Under the pieces are notes generated by a model that worked only from the letters and a program-made list of their open reading frames with translations, searched no databases and was not told the origin of the DNA. Of a DNA stretch of 64,000 nt, positions 38,350-49,830 are shown piece after piece. The DNA is from Nemertoderma westbladi (Eukaryota; Animalia; Xenacoelomorpha): positions 87,026 to 151,025 of the forward strand of contig JAUCBJ010006938.1 of the NCBI GenBank assembly GCA_032718475.1. Reading direction: 5' to 3'. A program made the position numbers and the translations under genes. Numbering within the stretch: the stretch's first letter is position 1; each line of letters starts with the position of its first letter.

Positions 38350-41300
38350 ATGGCGCCATCCCAGCGCTGCTGCAAGTGTCGCAGCGGCTCTTGCCGAGGG
38401 TGCAAGTGTGCTTGTGCGGGAGTTCCCTGTTCCTCCTGCAAACCTCTGGAGCAGAACTCGTGCGCGAACAGGCCGAGCTCACCCGATCCAGATAGTCTCG
38501 CGATGCCCCCGAGGTACAGCGGTTCCGCGGGCCATGGGGTTCTCGACTATCTGGTATCCAACTCGCCCAGATGGAAACCGCGTCAAGCCACAGCGGACCT
38601 TGCGCATAACGGCTATGTAACCCCGGAAGTTATAAACTCAACCCTGGAGGAGCTCGACGACCTGATGGACCAGACTCTAACCCCAGGAGAATTCGATCCG
38701 GACTGCACATTAACCCTGCAAATGGGCGCTGGATCCCCGGCCCCCTCATCGGGTCCCCCAGTATCGGTGTCTTACCAGTCGGGTTCCCCAGTTCCAGGTG
38801 TCGGTTATTCCGTCCCAACCAGTACGGATGTTGATTATCCCGCCCCTACCAGTCCGGCTGTCGGTCATTCTGCCCCTACCAGTCCAGGAGTCGGTCATTC
38901 TGCCCCTACCAGTCCGGGTGTCTGTCATTCTGCCCCTGCCAGTCCGGGTGTCGGTCATTCTGCCCCTACCAGTCCGGGTGTCGGTCATTCTACCCCTACC
39001 AGTACAGGTGTCGGTCATTCTGCCCCTACCAGTCCAGGTGTCGGTTATTCCGTTCCAACCAGTCCAGGTGTCGGTCAGTCGGTCCCTATCAGTCAGGTTG
39101 TTGGTCTTTCTGCCCCTACCAGTCCGGGTGTCGATTATCCCGTCCCTACCAGTCTGGGTGTCGGTCATTCTGACCCAACCAGTCTGGGTGTTGATTATCC
39201 TGTCCCTACCAGTCCGGGTGTCGGTAATTCTGTCCCAACCAGTCCGGGTGTCGATTATCCCGTCCCTACCAGTCCGGGTGTCGATTATCCCGTCCCTACC
39301 AGTCCGGGTGTCGGTCATTCTGCCCAAACCAGTCCGGGTGTCGGTTATTCTGCCCCTACCAGTCCGGGTGTCGGTTATTCCGTACCAACCAGCCCAGGTG
39401 TCGGTCAGTCGGTCCCTATCAGTCAGGTTGTTGGTCTTTCTGCCCCTACCAGTCCGGGTGTCGGTTATTCAGTCCCAACCAGTCCGGGTATAAGTCAGTA
39501 TGTCGGTCAGTCTGCCCCTACCAGTCCGGGTGTCGGTTATTCCGTCCCTACCAGTCCAGGTGTCGGTCAGTCGGTCCCAGTCGTCCCTATCAGTCCGGTT
39601 GTCGGTCTTTCTGCCCCTACCAGTCCGGGTGTCGGTTATTCCGTCCCTACCAGTCCGGGTCTCGGTTATGCCGTCCCTACCAGTCCAGGTCTCGCTCAGT
39701 CGGTCCCAGTCATCCCTTTCAGTCCGGTTGTCGGTCTTTCTGCCCCTACCAGTCCGGATGTCGGTTATTCCATCCGAACCAGCCCAGGTGTTGGTCACTC
39801 CGTCCCTACCAGTCCGGGTGTCAGTCAGTATGTCGGTCATTCCGTCCCTACCAGTCCAGGTGTCGGTCTTTCCGTCCCTATCAGTCCAGGTGTCGGTCAT
39901 TCCGCCCCAACCAGTCCAGGTGTCGGTCAGTCAGCCCCTCACAGTCTGTGTGTTGGTCACTCCCTTCCTACGAGTGCGGGTGTCAGTCATTCCGCCTCTA
40001 CCAGCCTGGGTGTCGATCATTCCATCCCCAACCCTCTGGGTGTCGGTTGTTCCGCCCCTTCTAGTCTGGACATCGGTTTATCAGCTCCCACCAGTATCGG
40101 TGTCAGTCCAACGGTACGCACCAGCGCCCTCAGTACCCATTGTCCATCGTGCGCGCGGTTAGTGGCCATCAAAGCAAATGGTAATCTACGCATTCACGGA
40201 CCAGTCTCCCAACGTTGCCCAGGGTCAGATCACCCTCCAGGAATGACAACTGGTCCCCCAATCCATTTGGGAAGCCAATCATCTGGCGAGACAGTGGAGC
40301 TACCAGACAGGGATATTCTTAATCAGTTACAGGGATGTTACATCTCCGGGACGCCACCCACCATCGCCACCGTCTCCGGGACGCCACCCACCGTTGCCAC
40401 CGTCTCCGGGACGCCACCCACCAGCGCCGCCATCTCCGTGACGCCACCCACCATCACCACCGTCTTGGGGCCGCCACCCACCAGCGCCACCGTCTCCGTG
40501 ACGCCACACACCATCGCCACCGTCCTGGGGGCGTCAGCCACTGCCGCCACCGTCTTGGGGTCGCCACACATCAGCGCCACCGTCTCTGTGACGCCACCCA
40601 TCAGCGCCACCGTCTCTGAGACGCCACCTATCAGTGCCACCGTCTGCGGGACACCACCAATCATCGCCAACGTATCTGGGACGCCACCCATCATTGCCAC
40701 CGTCTCCGGGACGCCACCAATCAGCGCCACCATCTCTGGGACACCACCCATCATCGCCACCGCGTCTGGGGTGCAGCCCACTAGGCCAAAAACAACACAA
40801 AGTCGCCCAAAAGTGTCAGGTGTTGGTTCAACGCTTCTGCCAAACAGAAATAGGGCCAATGTTAGCGACATTCTTGACGAGTACTGGCAAGCGGGCCACC
40901 CATCAGGTCCGCTACACAGCGTGGACACCGACGGTCTAATGGAGAGAGCCTTTGGCACACCGCTGCGGGAGAAGGGAGACCCACCGGACCTTATATTACA
41001 CCAGTGGCATAGAGTCACCCAGCTCCAGGGCTCTCGCTACAGACTTCCGGGTGGCTCTGTTGGTAGGGACGTGGTATCCTTGCTCGACAATGAGGCTAAG
41101 GCTTTAATAGCTGGACTTGGTCGTGGTGAATCATCAGCTCGTTCCGAACGTTTAATGCTGGTCGATGCGTTGATCACACATCGAGATCCAAAGATCGTTA
41201 AGGCGGCCGATATCCGCCGCCTAATCAGTCGCAGGGTGGCGTTGTGGTGCTCCGGCGAGATCGAAGCCCTCTTACAAGAGGCTGAGCGAGGCTCCCCTGG

Positions 41301-42774
41301 GCGCACTACAGGAAGGCGTGCAGGAACCCAACCCCCCAATTCGGATAAAGAACACACAGTCCGTGTGTTTACGAGACTAATGTTGGAGGGGAAGGTAAGA
41401 AACGCAGTCCGCTGGGTGACCGGTTGGGAGTCCGGAGGCGTGTTGGACCCAGAGTCCGATATCGAAGTTGGTCAGCAAAGAGTCAAAGTACTCGATGTTC
41501 TTCGGAATAAACACCCGGCTGCAGCGCCTCCCAATAGAGAATCATTAATACAGTGCGGCGAGCCGCCTCTCAAGGTCGACGTCGACGTGACGGCGGCGCA
41601 CATCGAGGAGGTGGCCCGGCGCCTGCACGGTGGTGGCGGTCCCGCGGGTTGCGACTCCACACGCTGGCAGGATTATCTGCTCTGCTATGGCGCCCATAGT
41701 GAGTGCCTCCGAGACACAGTTGCTGCAATCACCCGGACTCTAGCGAATGTAGTCGTACCGCGGGAGTCTGTCCGGGCACTTATGTCTGGCCGACTGATCG
41801 CGCTGGATAAGTGTCCGGGTGTGCGGCCCATCGGAATCGGGGAGTGTCTCCGGCGTATAATGGCCCGCGCAATGGCCGCGATCACAGGGGATGACGTCAC
41901 CATCACGTGTGGCGCCGAACAGCTGTTGGCGGGGACCTCCGCAGGAGTCGAGGCTGCGATACACTCGATGTCGTCGCTGTTCGAGGATAACAGTGACTCG
42001 GGTTGGGGGGTGCTACTGGTGGACGCGGCCAACGCGTTCAACTCGCTCAACCGGGTAGCTGCGTTGTGGAATGCGCGCTGCCTGTGGCCTCGATGCTCTA
42101 CATTCCTGTTTAACAGTTATCGGGGCCACAGTATCCTTGTCATGAAGGGGACTGATGCAATTATATTCAGCGCGGAGGGCGTTACCCAGGGCGACCCCCT
42201 TGCAATGCTGCTGTACGCCATCGGAGCCCTCCCGTTGATCCGGAGTTTACGGTCCCCTACAGTCCGGGAGAGTTGGTACGCCGACGATTCTGGCGGGGCG
42301 GGTGAACTCCCAGACTTACTACGGTGGTTTGAGAAGCTGCTCAAACTCGGCCCTGCTTTTGGTTACTTCCCCGAGATGTCCAAATGCTACCTCGTAGTCG
42401 ACCCCGAGTACGAGGACGAGGCTCGCAGAGTCTTCAGTGGCCACCAGATAAAGATTGTAACGGGTCACCGGTTTCTCGGGGGGTTTCTCGGGAGTTCGGG
42501 AGAACGACGCCAGTATGTGCGGGCGAAGGTGGCTGCGTGGGTAGAGGCGACGGACGCACTGGCGACGATGGCTGAATCCCAACCACAGGCGGCCTTCTCC
42601 GCCATGGTCTGCTCGTTGCAGCGTGAGTGGGCATATCTCCAGAGGGTCACCGTCGACTGCGAAGAGGAGTACGCCGTTCTAGAGACAGCCATCGCCCAAA
42701 GATTCCTTCCTGCAGTGATCGGAGGAACCATAACTCCGGCAGAACGAAAACTGTTTAGTTTGTCCCAGGTCTAG
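38350..42774 (+). CDS. CRE-like ORF: Cys-rich N-terminus, 10-aa repeats, Zn finger, RT (frameshift near 42760)
   Basis: 1474-aa open frame carrying these motifs. Confidence 0.88.
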   Translation: MAPSQRCCKCRSGSCRGCKCACAGVPCSSCKPLEQNSCANRPSSPDPDSLAMPPRYSGSAGHGVLDYLVSNSPRWKPRQATADLAHNGYVTPEVINSTLEELDDLMDQTLTPGEFDPDCTLTLQMGAGSPAPSSGPPVSVSYQSGSPVPGVGYSVPTSTDVDYPAPTSPAVGHSAPTSPGVGHSAPTSPGVCHSAPASPGVGHSAPTSPGVGHSTPTSTGVGHSAPTSPGVGYSVPTSPGVGQSVPISQVVGLSAPTSPGVDYPVPTSLGVGHSDPTSLGVDYPVPTSPGVGNSVPTSPGVDYPVPTSPGVDYPVPTSPGVGHSAQTSPGVGYSAPTSPGVGYSVPTSPGVGQSVPISQVVGLSAPTSPGVGYSVPTSPGISQYVGQSAPTSPGVGYSVPTSPGVGQSVPVVPISPVVGLSAPTSPGVGYSVPTSPGLGYAVPTSPGLAQSVPVIPFSPVVGLSAPTSPDVGYSIRTSPGVGHSVPTSPGVSQYVGHSVPTSPGVGLSVPISPGVGHSAPTSPGVGQSAPHSLCVGHSLPTSAGVSHSASTSLGVDHSIPNPLGVGCSAPSSLDIGLSAPTSIGVSPTVRTSALSTHCPSCARLVAIKANGNLRIHGPVSQRCPGSDHPPGMTTGPPIHLGSQSSGETVELPDRDILNQLQGCYISGTPPTIATVSGTPPTVATVSGTPPTSAAISVTPPTITTVLGPPPTSATVSVTPHTIATVLGASATAATVLGSPHISATVSVTPPISATVSETPPISATVCGTPPIIANVSGTPPIIATVSGTPPISATISGTPPIIATASGVQPTRPKTTQSRPKVSGVGSTLLPNRNRANVSDILDEYWQAGHPSGPLHSVDTDGLMERAFGTPLREKGDPPDLILHQWHRVTQLQGSRYRLPGGSVGRDVVSLLDNEAKALIAGLGRGESSARSERLMLVDALITHRDPKIVKAADIRRLISRRVALWCSGEIEALLQEAERGSPGRTTGRRAGTQPPNSDKEHTVRVFTRLMLEGKVRNAVRWVTGWESGGVLDPESDIEVGQQRVKVLDVLRNKHPAAAPPNRESLIQCGEPPLKVDVDVTAAHIEEVARRLHGGGGPAGCDSTRWQDYLLCYGAHSECLRDTVAAITRTLANVVVPRESVRALMSGRLIALDKCPGVRPIGIGECLRRIMARAMAAITGDDVTITCGAEQLLAGTSAGVEAAIHSMSSLFEDNSDSGWGVLLVDAANAFNSLNRVAALWNARCLWPRCSTFLFNSYRGHSILVMKGTDAIIFSAEGVTQGDPLAMLLYAIGALPLIRSLRSPTVRESWYADDSGGAGELPDLLRWFEKLLKLGPAFGYFPEMSKCYLVVDPEYEDEARRVFSGHQIKIVTGHRFLGGFLGSSGERRQYVRAKVAAWVEATDALATMAESQPQAAFSAMVCSLQREWAYLQRVTVDCEEEYAVLETAIAQRFLPAVIGGTITPAERKLFSLSQV
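38775..40110 (+). repeat. 30-bp coding minisatellite (SAPTSPGVGH-like, about 40+ units)
   Basis: Repeats of AGTCCGGGTGTCGGTCATTCTGCCCCTACC. Confidence 0.95.
40340..40775 (+). repeat. Second 30-bp coding minisatellite (TPPTIATVSG-like, about 14 units)
   Basis: Repeats of ACGCCACCCACCATCGCCACCGTCTCCGGG. Confidence 0.95.
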
Positions 42775-42789
42775 GACTGCGAAATCCGG

Positions 42790-43640
42790 TAGCCGAGGCA
42801 AAACCGTCGTACCTCGTATCCTTGCATGGGACCCGGTTCCTGAGTAGCGCGATGGCCGGCACCGAGGAATTCGACCTCCCAGCCCACCGGGACTGCTTGG
42901 CGAAGGCGAGGAAGGTCGACCGAGACGACCGGAAACTGACCGAGATCTCAGAGTTCGAGGAGGCACTGGGGGCGATGACCGAACGCCGCTGCCGCACTAT
43001 CCGCCGAGCGGCGGAGTACAAAACCGGTAGTTGGATCTCGTCGATTCCCCGGGCGGACCTCCAGTACGATCTATCCCCACGTGAGTTTCGTGACGCGATC
43101 GCCGTGCGATACGGAAGTCCCCTCCTTGGAGTACACAGCCGGTGCGACGGATGCGGGGCTGCCTTCGACCTGAACCATGGGTTGAACTGTAAGAAGGGCG
43201 GCCTCGTCATCCAGCGCCACAATGAGCTGAGAGACACTGTGGGCGACCTCGCGGCGTTGGCATTTGGGCCGCGCAATGTAATGCTGGAGCCAGTAGTAAG
43301 GGAGCAGTTGGAGGAAGGTGACGGGACAGGACTGCGGTGCGATGTAGGTATTAGGGGCGCGTTTAACGTGCAGACTCAGGCGTTGATCTATATCAGGTCA
43401 ACCAACCTTGACGCCGAGTCGTACGTCAACCGCGCTCCTATGACCGTTCTCGAGGCGGCGGAGGACGAGAAGAAGCGGCTATACGCGGCTGCTGTAGCAG
43501 CTCGTTGCGGCGATTTCTCTCCCTTCGTGGCTTCGTGCGACGGAGTGTTGGCACCGCAGGCCAATAGACTGCTCAGAGTCATAGCCACCAGACTCCATGC
43601 ATCCTGGGGGAAACCCTACGCGACAGTCATGGGATGGGTC
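42790..43640 (+). pseudogene. CRE-like C-terminal Zn knuckle plus RLE domain, cut by the Mag insertion
   Basis: CDGCGAAFDLNHGLNC, QRHNELRD, RCDVGIRG, EDEKK; continues WVRTRILFAIVRG...LRGSR at 48146-48280. Confidence 0.85.
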
Positions 43641-46600
43641 TGTAGAGTTTGTGTAGTGTGTAGTACAGGGCGAAATACGGTACCGTACCTATGGTTATAT
43701 ATATAGGCCTACATACAGATTGTAGTAGCTGTGCCTGATGTATTAATACTTGTATTGCGTTACCGTTAGTTAGGCTATATGATGTTAGCCTATTATATTA
43801 TATTGTATTTGGAATATTGAAGTTGTATCTCTTTCTCAACGCTCGACAAAATACAAGTATTAATTCAATTCTGATATGGCTGAAGCCGATCAGAGTACCG
43901 GTACTAACACTGAACCCTACGACGTTGGTACTGGACAACGGAGAACCGGTCCTACACTAAGCCGTGTTTTGGAGAAGTTTAACCCTGACAAAGATGACTT
44001 CTCTCAGTGGATGAATCAGTTTAAGCGCTTCATACGTCTATCCAGAGTTCCCGATTCGGAAAAGGTAGATTGGCTGTTGCTTTACTCCGGCGAGAAAGCA
44101 GCTAGATATTACGACGAGGTGAAGGTGTGGGGAACCTTAAATCCTGGAGAAACCGAGTTCACTCAAGCGGTTAGCTTCCTCGAAAAGAAGCTGATGATGG
44201 AGAGAAACGCGTTAAGCGAACGAGTTAAGCTTTATTCATCAAAGCAAAGTGATGGAGCGAGTTTAGATGATTTTGTATCGGATCTGAGGAAGAATATTAG
44301 TTTTTGTCGTTTCCCTGCAGCCTTTGAGAACGAGGCGCTTCGGGATGCGTTTTGTACTGGAGTTGCCTCGGACGACATTCGCGTTGCAGTGTTCCGGGCT
44401 TATAAATCGGCGGAAAAGTCGGGGAATGTGTTTGGATTTGAGGATGCGTTCTCGACGGCAGAGATTGAACAGTCCTCTGTGAGAGCAGCTGTGGAACATT
44501 CTGGGGGCGTTACAGCGTCACATGGGTCTAAAGTTGCGAATGTCCCAAGGGCTCTCACAAGATTGGCTGAAACTGGACCCGGTGTGGATGGGTCATCAAT
44601 CCATAACCCCGCCTATGTATGTTCTGGTCGGGCGACCCAACAGTCAAGTCCATCAGGGAAATGGAGGTGTTTTGGTTGCGGTTCTGCAGCTTTTCATTCT
44701 AAAACTGAATGTAGAGCAAGGAGTGTTGATTGCCACAAGTGTGGTAAACCGGGCCATTTCGCTAGAATGTGTCGCTCTACCACTCCTGGTTCTAAGCCTA
44801 CTGGGAATGTGGCGCCGGGAAACAGTTCAAGTTCGGCTGCATTTCTGGTTGCCGCCAATGACGGACACCAGAATACCGGTGGAAGTTTAAGGAAGTTTGT
44901 AACGGCAAAGGTGAATGATATACAATTAGATTGGCTTGTGGATCCTGGTTCGGATATAACGCTAGTTGATTTACATACTGCTAAGAAGTTTAAATGGCAG
45001 ATAAATGGGTCCACAATAGGCACTTCATGTCTTTCTATTGGGAATCAGTCGCTTAATATATTGGGGAAAGTTGAAACCATTATAGAAATTGATAACCGTT
45101 ATATAGTTGTCCCAGTGTTTATTGCTAGGGAGTTGTGTGATCCGGCAATTCTGGGTGTGTCAGCTCTGAAGGAGTTTACCGAGGTTCAGTTGCCTTTTGG
45201 AGGTAATCAGGGTAACTTACGGGTCTCAAGCTGTAGTGGTGGGTTACTCGAAGAATTTCAGGAATTGTTTGTTGAAGAAAATGTGGGGTTAGCTGTGGAA
45301 CCTGTGTCAGTCATTATACTGAATTCCGAGGCCACTCCCATCCGTTCTGCATCCCGTTACAGGAGCAGTGATGACCGTAAGTTTATTCAATCCGAAGTAA
45401 CACGACTATTAGGAGATGGGGTAATAGAACCTTCCCAAAGCCCATGGAGGTCCCAGTGTGTGATTTCCCACGAGGGGGATAAGCGTCGGTTTTGCATAGA
45501 TTATGCTTCGACGATAAACCAGTTCACTGAACATGATGCATACCCCTTCCCAGTGGTTTCGGAAATTATTGATCGTATAGCTGTTGGTAAGGTTTTTTCA
45601 AAATTCGATTTAAGGTCGGCCTATCACCAGCTACCTATCAAGGAAGAGGAAAGACCTTACACCGCATTCGAGGCCGGGGGTAAACTGTTTCAATTTAATA
45701 GACTCCCATATGGGGTAACTAATGGAACCGCAGTGTTCCAGAGAGAAATTATGAACATTATTTCAGACCTAGAAGGGGTTGAAGTAATAGTGGATGACGT
45801 TGTTGTATTTGGTAATGATACGAAAGAGCATGATGAGCGGGTGCGGAAGTTCCTAGAGAGAGCAAGAATTGCCCAAATGAGGTTTAAGCTAACTAAGTGT
45901 GAGTTCCACAAAACTGAAATTCAGTTTATGGGTCATATTATTGGTAATGGTTGTAACAAACCGGATCCTTCTAGATATCAACGGCTTATGGACCTGCCAG
46001 TGCCCAGTAACAAGAAAGCTTTAGAAAGGCTTGTTGGAATATGCGTATATTACTCAAAATGGGTGAAGAACTTTGCTATGGTAGCTAATCCACTCTTTGT
46101 ATCACTCAAAGAGGGGTGCTTCCCGTTGAATAGTGAATGTATCCAGGCTATCACAGAAATTAAAAGACAGATAGTGGAGTCGTGTTTATTGATACCAAAT
46201 TTAGTTGATCCCTTAGTTTTAGAAACTGATGCATCTGACAGTGCTATTGGAGGTATGCTATCACAGAATGGACGTCCCATCGCCTTTATTTCTCACAGCC
46301 TTAGTCAGACAGAACGATATTGGTCCACACCAGAACTAGAGGCCTTTGCGATATATTACTGTGTGGATAAACTGAGAGACTTTCTAATGGGGCGGCGTTT
46401 TGAAATATTAACAGATCAGGAAGGAGTATCATACTTGTTAGATGAACGGCCAAAAACAAAAGTGAAGAATAGGAAATTGTGTAGGTGGCGCATCGAGTTG
46501 GCTGAGTTTGCATTTGAAATCAGTTACCGGAGAGGTACAGACAATATCATAGCTGATGCACTGAGCCGGTGTTGCACATCTCAGTCGTCAGATGGAGGAT

Positions 46601-48145
46601 TACAGGATGGACAAGGTTCTGTTTCATTGGACACGATTCATAGAGGTTTGGGGCACCCTGGTGTGGAAAGGACATATCAATTCATTAAACAATTTTATGA
46701 TTGGCCAGGGCTGAAGCAAGATTGCGCTAAGATATGTCATGACTGTATAATTTGTTGTGAGCAGAAACCAAGGTTTGTAAAACCAACTCCCGGGACAATT
46801 ACATCATCTACAGAACCATGGGAGAGAGTCTCGGTTGACTTTAAAGGACCCATACCATCAGCCACCAGAAATAAATACTTATTCGTTTGCATTGATGAGT
46901 TTTCGAGATTTCCATTTGCATTTCCTGTACCAAACATGAAGTTAGAAACTGTTGAGCGATGTTTAACATCGCTGTTTACTCTATTTGGTCCATGTAAGTC
47001 TGTCCATTCTGACAGAGGATCACAGTTCGAAAGTCAGAAATTTAGAGATTATCTTGAATCATGGAATATTACTAAAACACGTACAACTGCCTATCATCCT
47101 TCAGGTAATGGGCAGTGTGAACGGTACAACGGAATAATTTGGCGGCACATTCTGCTTCGGTTGGCAGAGTCCAATAAGAATGTGAACTAATGGGAGTCAG
47201 AGCTGGATAATGCATTGGGGAATATACGTGCCTTGACTAACCGTATTACAGGTGTCACACCTCACTCGAGGTTCTTAAGATTTAACAGATTCTCTACAGT
47301 CGCACCCAGGCCATCCAGCTCCGATAAACCCTATGTAAAATTCACGGGACCAACCTGGTTGAGGAATGGCAACTGGGTATTCTGTAAGAAGGGACCTACA
47401 CAGTCTCTTGTCAAAGCGCAAGTGATAGAAGTAATCTCCAACCAGATTGTAAAGGTTGATGATGGCAATGGTTGGATAGACACAGTGAATATCTCTAAAC
47501 TATCGCGCTGTCCCCAGTCGATAGTGGATTCAGTGGAGCAAGTCGATAATGACAATATGAATCCTGGGAATACAGAAGAGGAAACGTTCGATATAAGTTA
47601 TGATTTTGCGGTGAATAGTCCCTCAAATCATGGAGAAGAGCCCCAGAGCTCTACCACTACAAGGAACACACATAATACTCAGACTTCATGTACTAGGAGT
47701 GGTCGTATATATAAATAGATTAGGAGGCCACACATAAAGACATTGCACTGGTAAAGTAGGGTTTCCTTTTTTGGGTATGTAATCAATATTTTCTTTAGTA
47801 TTGTTAGTCTTAAACTGTAACTAAATTGGTAACTAGGTATAGACTTTCGGAACTAATGACATCCTCCTTTGTAACGGTTTCTTCGGATTTTTCCTGAAAT
47901 ATATATTATATATTTTAGCTTTATTAGCGGGGGAGTATGTAGAGTTTGTGTAGTGTGTAGTACAGGGCGAAATACGGTACCGTACCTATGGTTATATATA
48001 TAGGCCTACATACAGATTGTAGTAGCTGTGCCTGATGTATTAATACTTGTATTGCGTTACCGTTAGTTAGGCTATATGATGTTAGCCTATTATATTATAT
48101 TGTATTTGGAATATTGAAGTTGTATCTCTTTCTCAACGCTCGACA
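43641..48145 (+). mobile_element. Young Mag-type Gypsy LTR retrotransposon
   Basis: 208-bp LTRs 43641-43848 and 47938-48145 that appear identical; 5-bp TSD GGGTC; PPT GGGGGAG; double Zn knuckle; RT IVDD. Confidence 0.95.
43876..47718 (+). CDS. gag-pol: Single gag-pol polyprotein with one in-frame stop (TAA 47188-47190) in integrase
   Basis: CHKCGKPGHFARMC, LVDPGS, VIVDD, ETDAS, H..LGHPG/C..C, VDFKGP, SDRGSQF, GQCER; frame continues WESELDNAL...TPH to 47718. Confidence 0.92.
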
Positions 48146-49830
48146 GGGTCCGGACGCGAATATTATTCGCCATCGTCCGTGGCACATCCCACTGTCTGCG
48201 CGGATCCCGCATGCGGTGGCGCAGTGGCCTGGGGCTAGAGGACGGTGCTGGTCTCCCCTCCATGGCGGATTAGAACAGTAGTACAGCAGCAAGTACTGAA
48301 GTAGCAAGTATGTAGGCCAGTAAATACGTTTTGAATTTCCCTCCAATATTTGATCACTTTTTTATTATTTAAACTGTAATTGCAATTGGTGATGGGTTTC
48401 TCTCATTGTATGTCTATTCATAATTATATGTTTATATAATATTTCTTTAATACAGTTGAGGGAGATTTTAAAAAGTTTTATAGCTAGCTATATGAATCAT
48501 TGTTTTGTTGTGTTGCCTAGCAACATATCCAGCATCCTTAGCTGGGAAACCTATCAGCTAACGTTCTAGTTCCAGGGTCGCCACAATATATATTTGTAAG
48601 CATAAAATAATAAATAAATAAAATATTATTTTAAATAAACCTAGTTCGACCTCAGAAAAAATTCACATATTACTTTATCACTAGCTTTCGATATAATATG
48701 TATCTTTTTCAAGTGTTGAAAACCAACTACAATTCAAAATAGTTAATAATACCAAATTAATTATATTTCACAACATATGCCTCTATTTCCAAACTGTAGT
48801 TCGAATCTATACGGGAGTTGTGTGTAGGCAGTCTTAATTTTAGTTGTCGGTTTTTTGTTAAAACCCTGATCAAGGATATGCAATATTCGAAAATTTGGGA
48901 TAGGATTGTATTTTTAATATCCGGGGGATTTATCCTCAGTTGCCAATTCATCTTGTTTAATATATGTTCCTCTAGTTGGCCGGGTTGTAATATATCAACT
49001 GAATATTATATAATGCAGCTGTAATGCAGCATGCCAATCCTAGCAATAGTAGTAGTAAAGGGGGTGTACAATCTAGGCTATAACTTTTGAACAAAAATAT
49101 ATATTGTGAAACGGATTTCAGATCAGAATAGACCAAAAAAATATTCAGAGACCTCCACTCTTAACCCTTTATCTACCACAATTTCAAAATGGATGCCAAA
49201 CAATGCCTATCATAATTATCATTTACTCTTGGCCCAAATAGCCCAAAAAAATCAAAATTTTGATTTGGTGCCCCATGGCTTTCGAGATACTGGCTTTATA
49301 AGTCCATCTGGTGGTAGACAACGGAAAATATAGGAATAATATAGGAAAAGGAATGATATATATATAAACGCTATACCAGTATTTGGCTAATGAATAAAAA
49401 ATTAGTCTTAAATTAGTCTTAAATTAAATCTTATTAAAATCGACACAATTACAGAGGAGCTACTATCAATCTTCATCACCCAAAGGGCAGTACAGCTGTG
49501 GTGAGTATACACTTGTTTCATCCGAGTTAACCTTAGATTAGAATGATTGTGGCCGACCATAGACCATGCAACGATGTGACACTATGCCTGGATTGGAATG
49601 GCAAAGGCAACTTCAATCATTTTTTTCTGATGGCTGTCTCCACCAACAGCATTACTTTACATAGGCCTATAGCATAACAAAGTCATCCACATTGTGATAG
49701 GTAGGTATATTGTATGGGCCATTATATTGGCATAATCATCACCATACTTATGCAAATATATGGTACTATACATACATATGGTACTATTATTACTATCGGT
49801 ATGCTGCAATGCAGCTGCATTATATAGATT

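Larger units (their letters stand above)
38214..48480 (+). mobile_element. CRE-like non-LTR retrotransposon with restriction-like endonuclease, apparently full length
   Basis: 16-bp TSD TAGCTAGCTATATGAA (38198-38213, 48481-48496); RT GVRPIGIGE, VDAANAFNS, GVTQGDPL, WYADD; CCHC, RHN and RLE motifs; C-terminus resumes at 48146. Confidence 0.92.
33884..48585 (-). mobile_element. Second CsRN1/Kabuki-like Gypsy; 5' LTR interrupted by a non-LTR element
   Basis: 3' LTR 33884-34093; 5' LTR split into 38091-38213 and 48481-48585; TSD ATAT; PBS TGGTGACCC (tRNA-Trp type) at about 38081-38089; PPT GGGGGGAG. Confidence 0.93.

Noticed and set aside
38746-41018. Several long alternative-frame and antisense ORFs
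   Set aside because: By-products of stop-free 30-bp minisatellites
48600-49400. DNA-transposon-like fragments (also about 16900-17200)
   Set aside because: No terminal inverted repeats, TSDs or transposase remnants could be established
49452-49650. Possible host exon or decayed lectin exon (YAWIG; GTGAGT donor at 49501)
   Set aside because: Stops in the motif-bearing frame and no clear phase fit with the other exons
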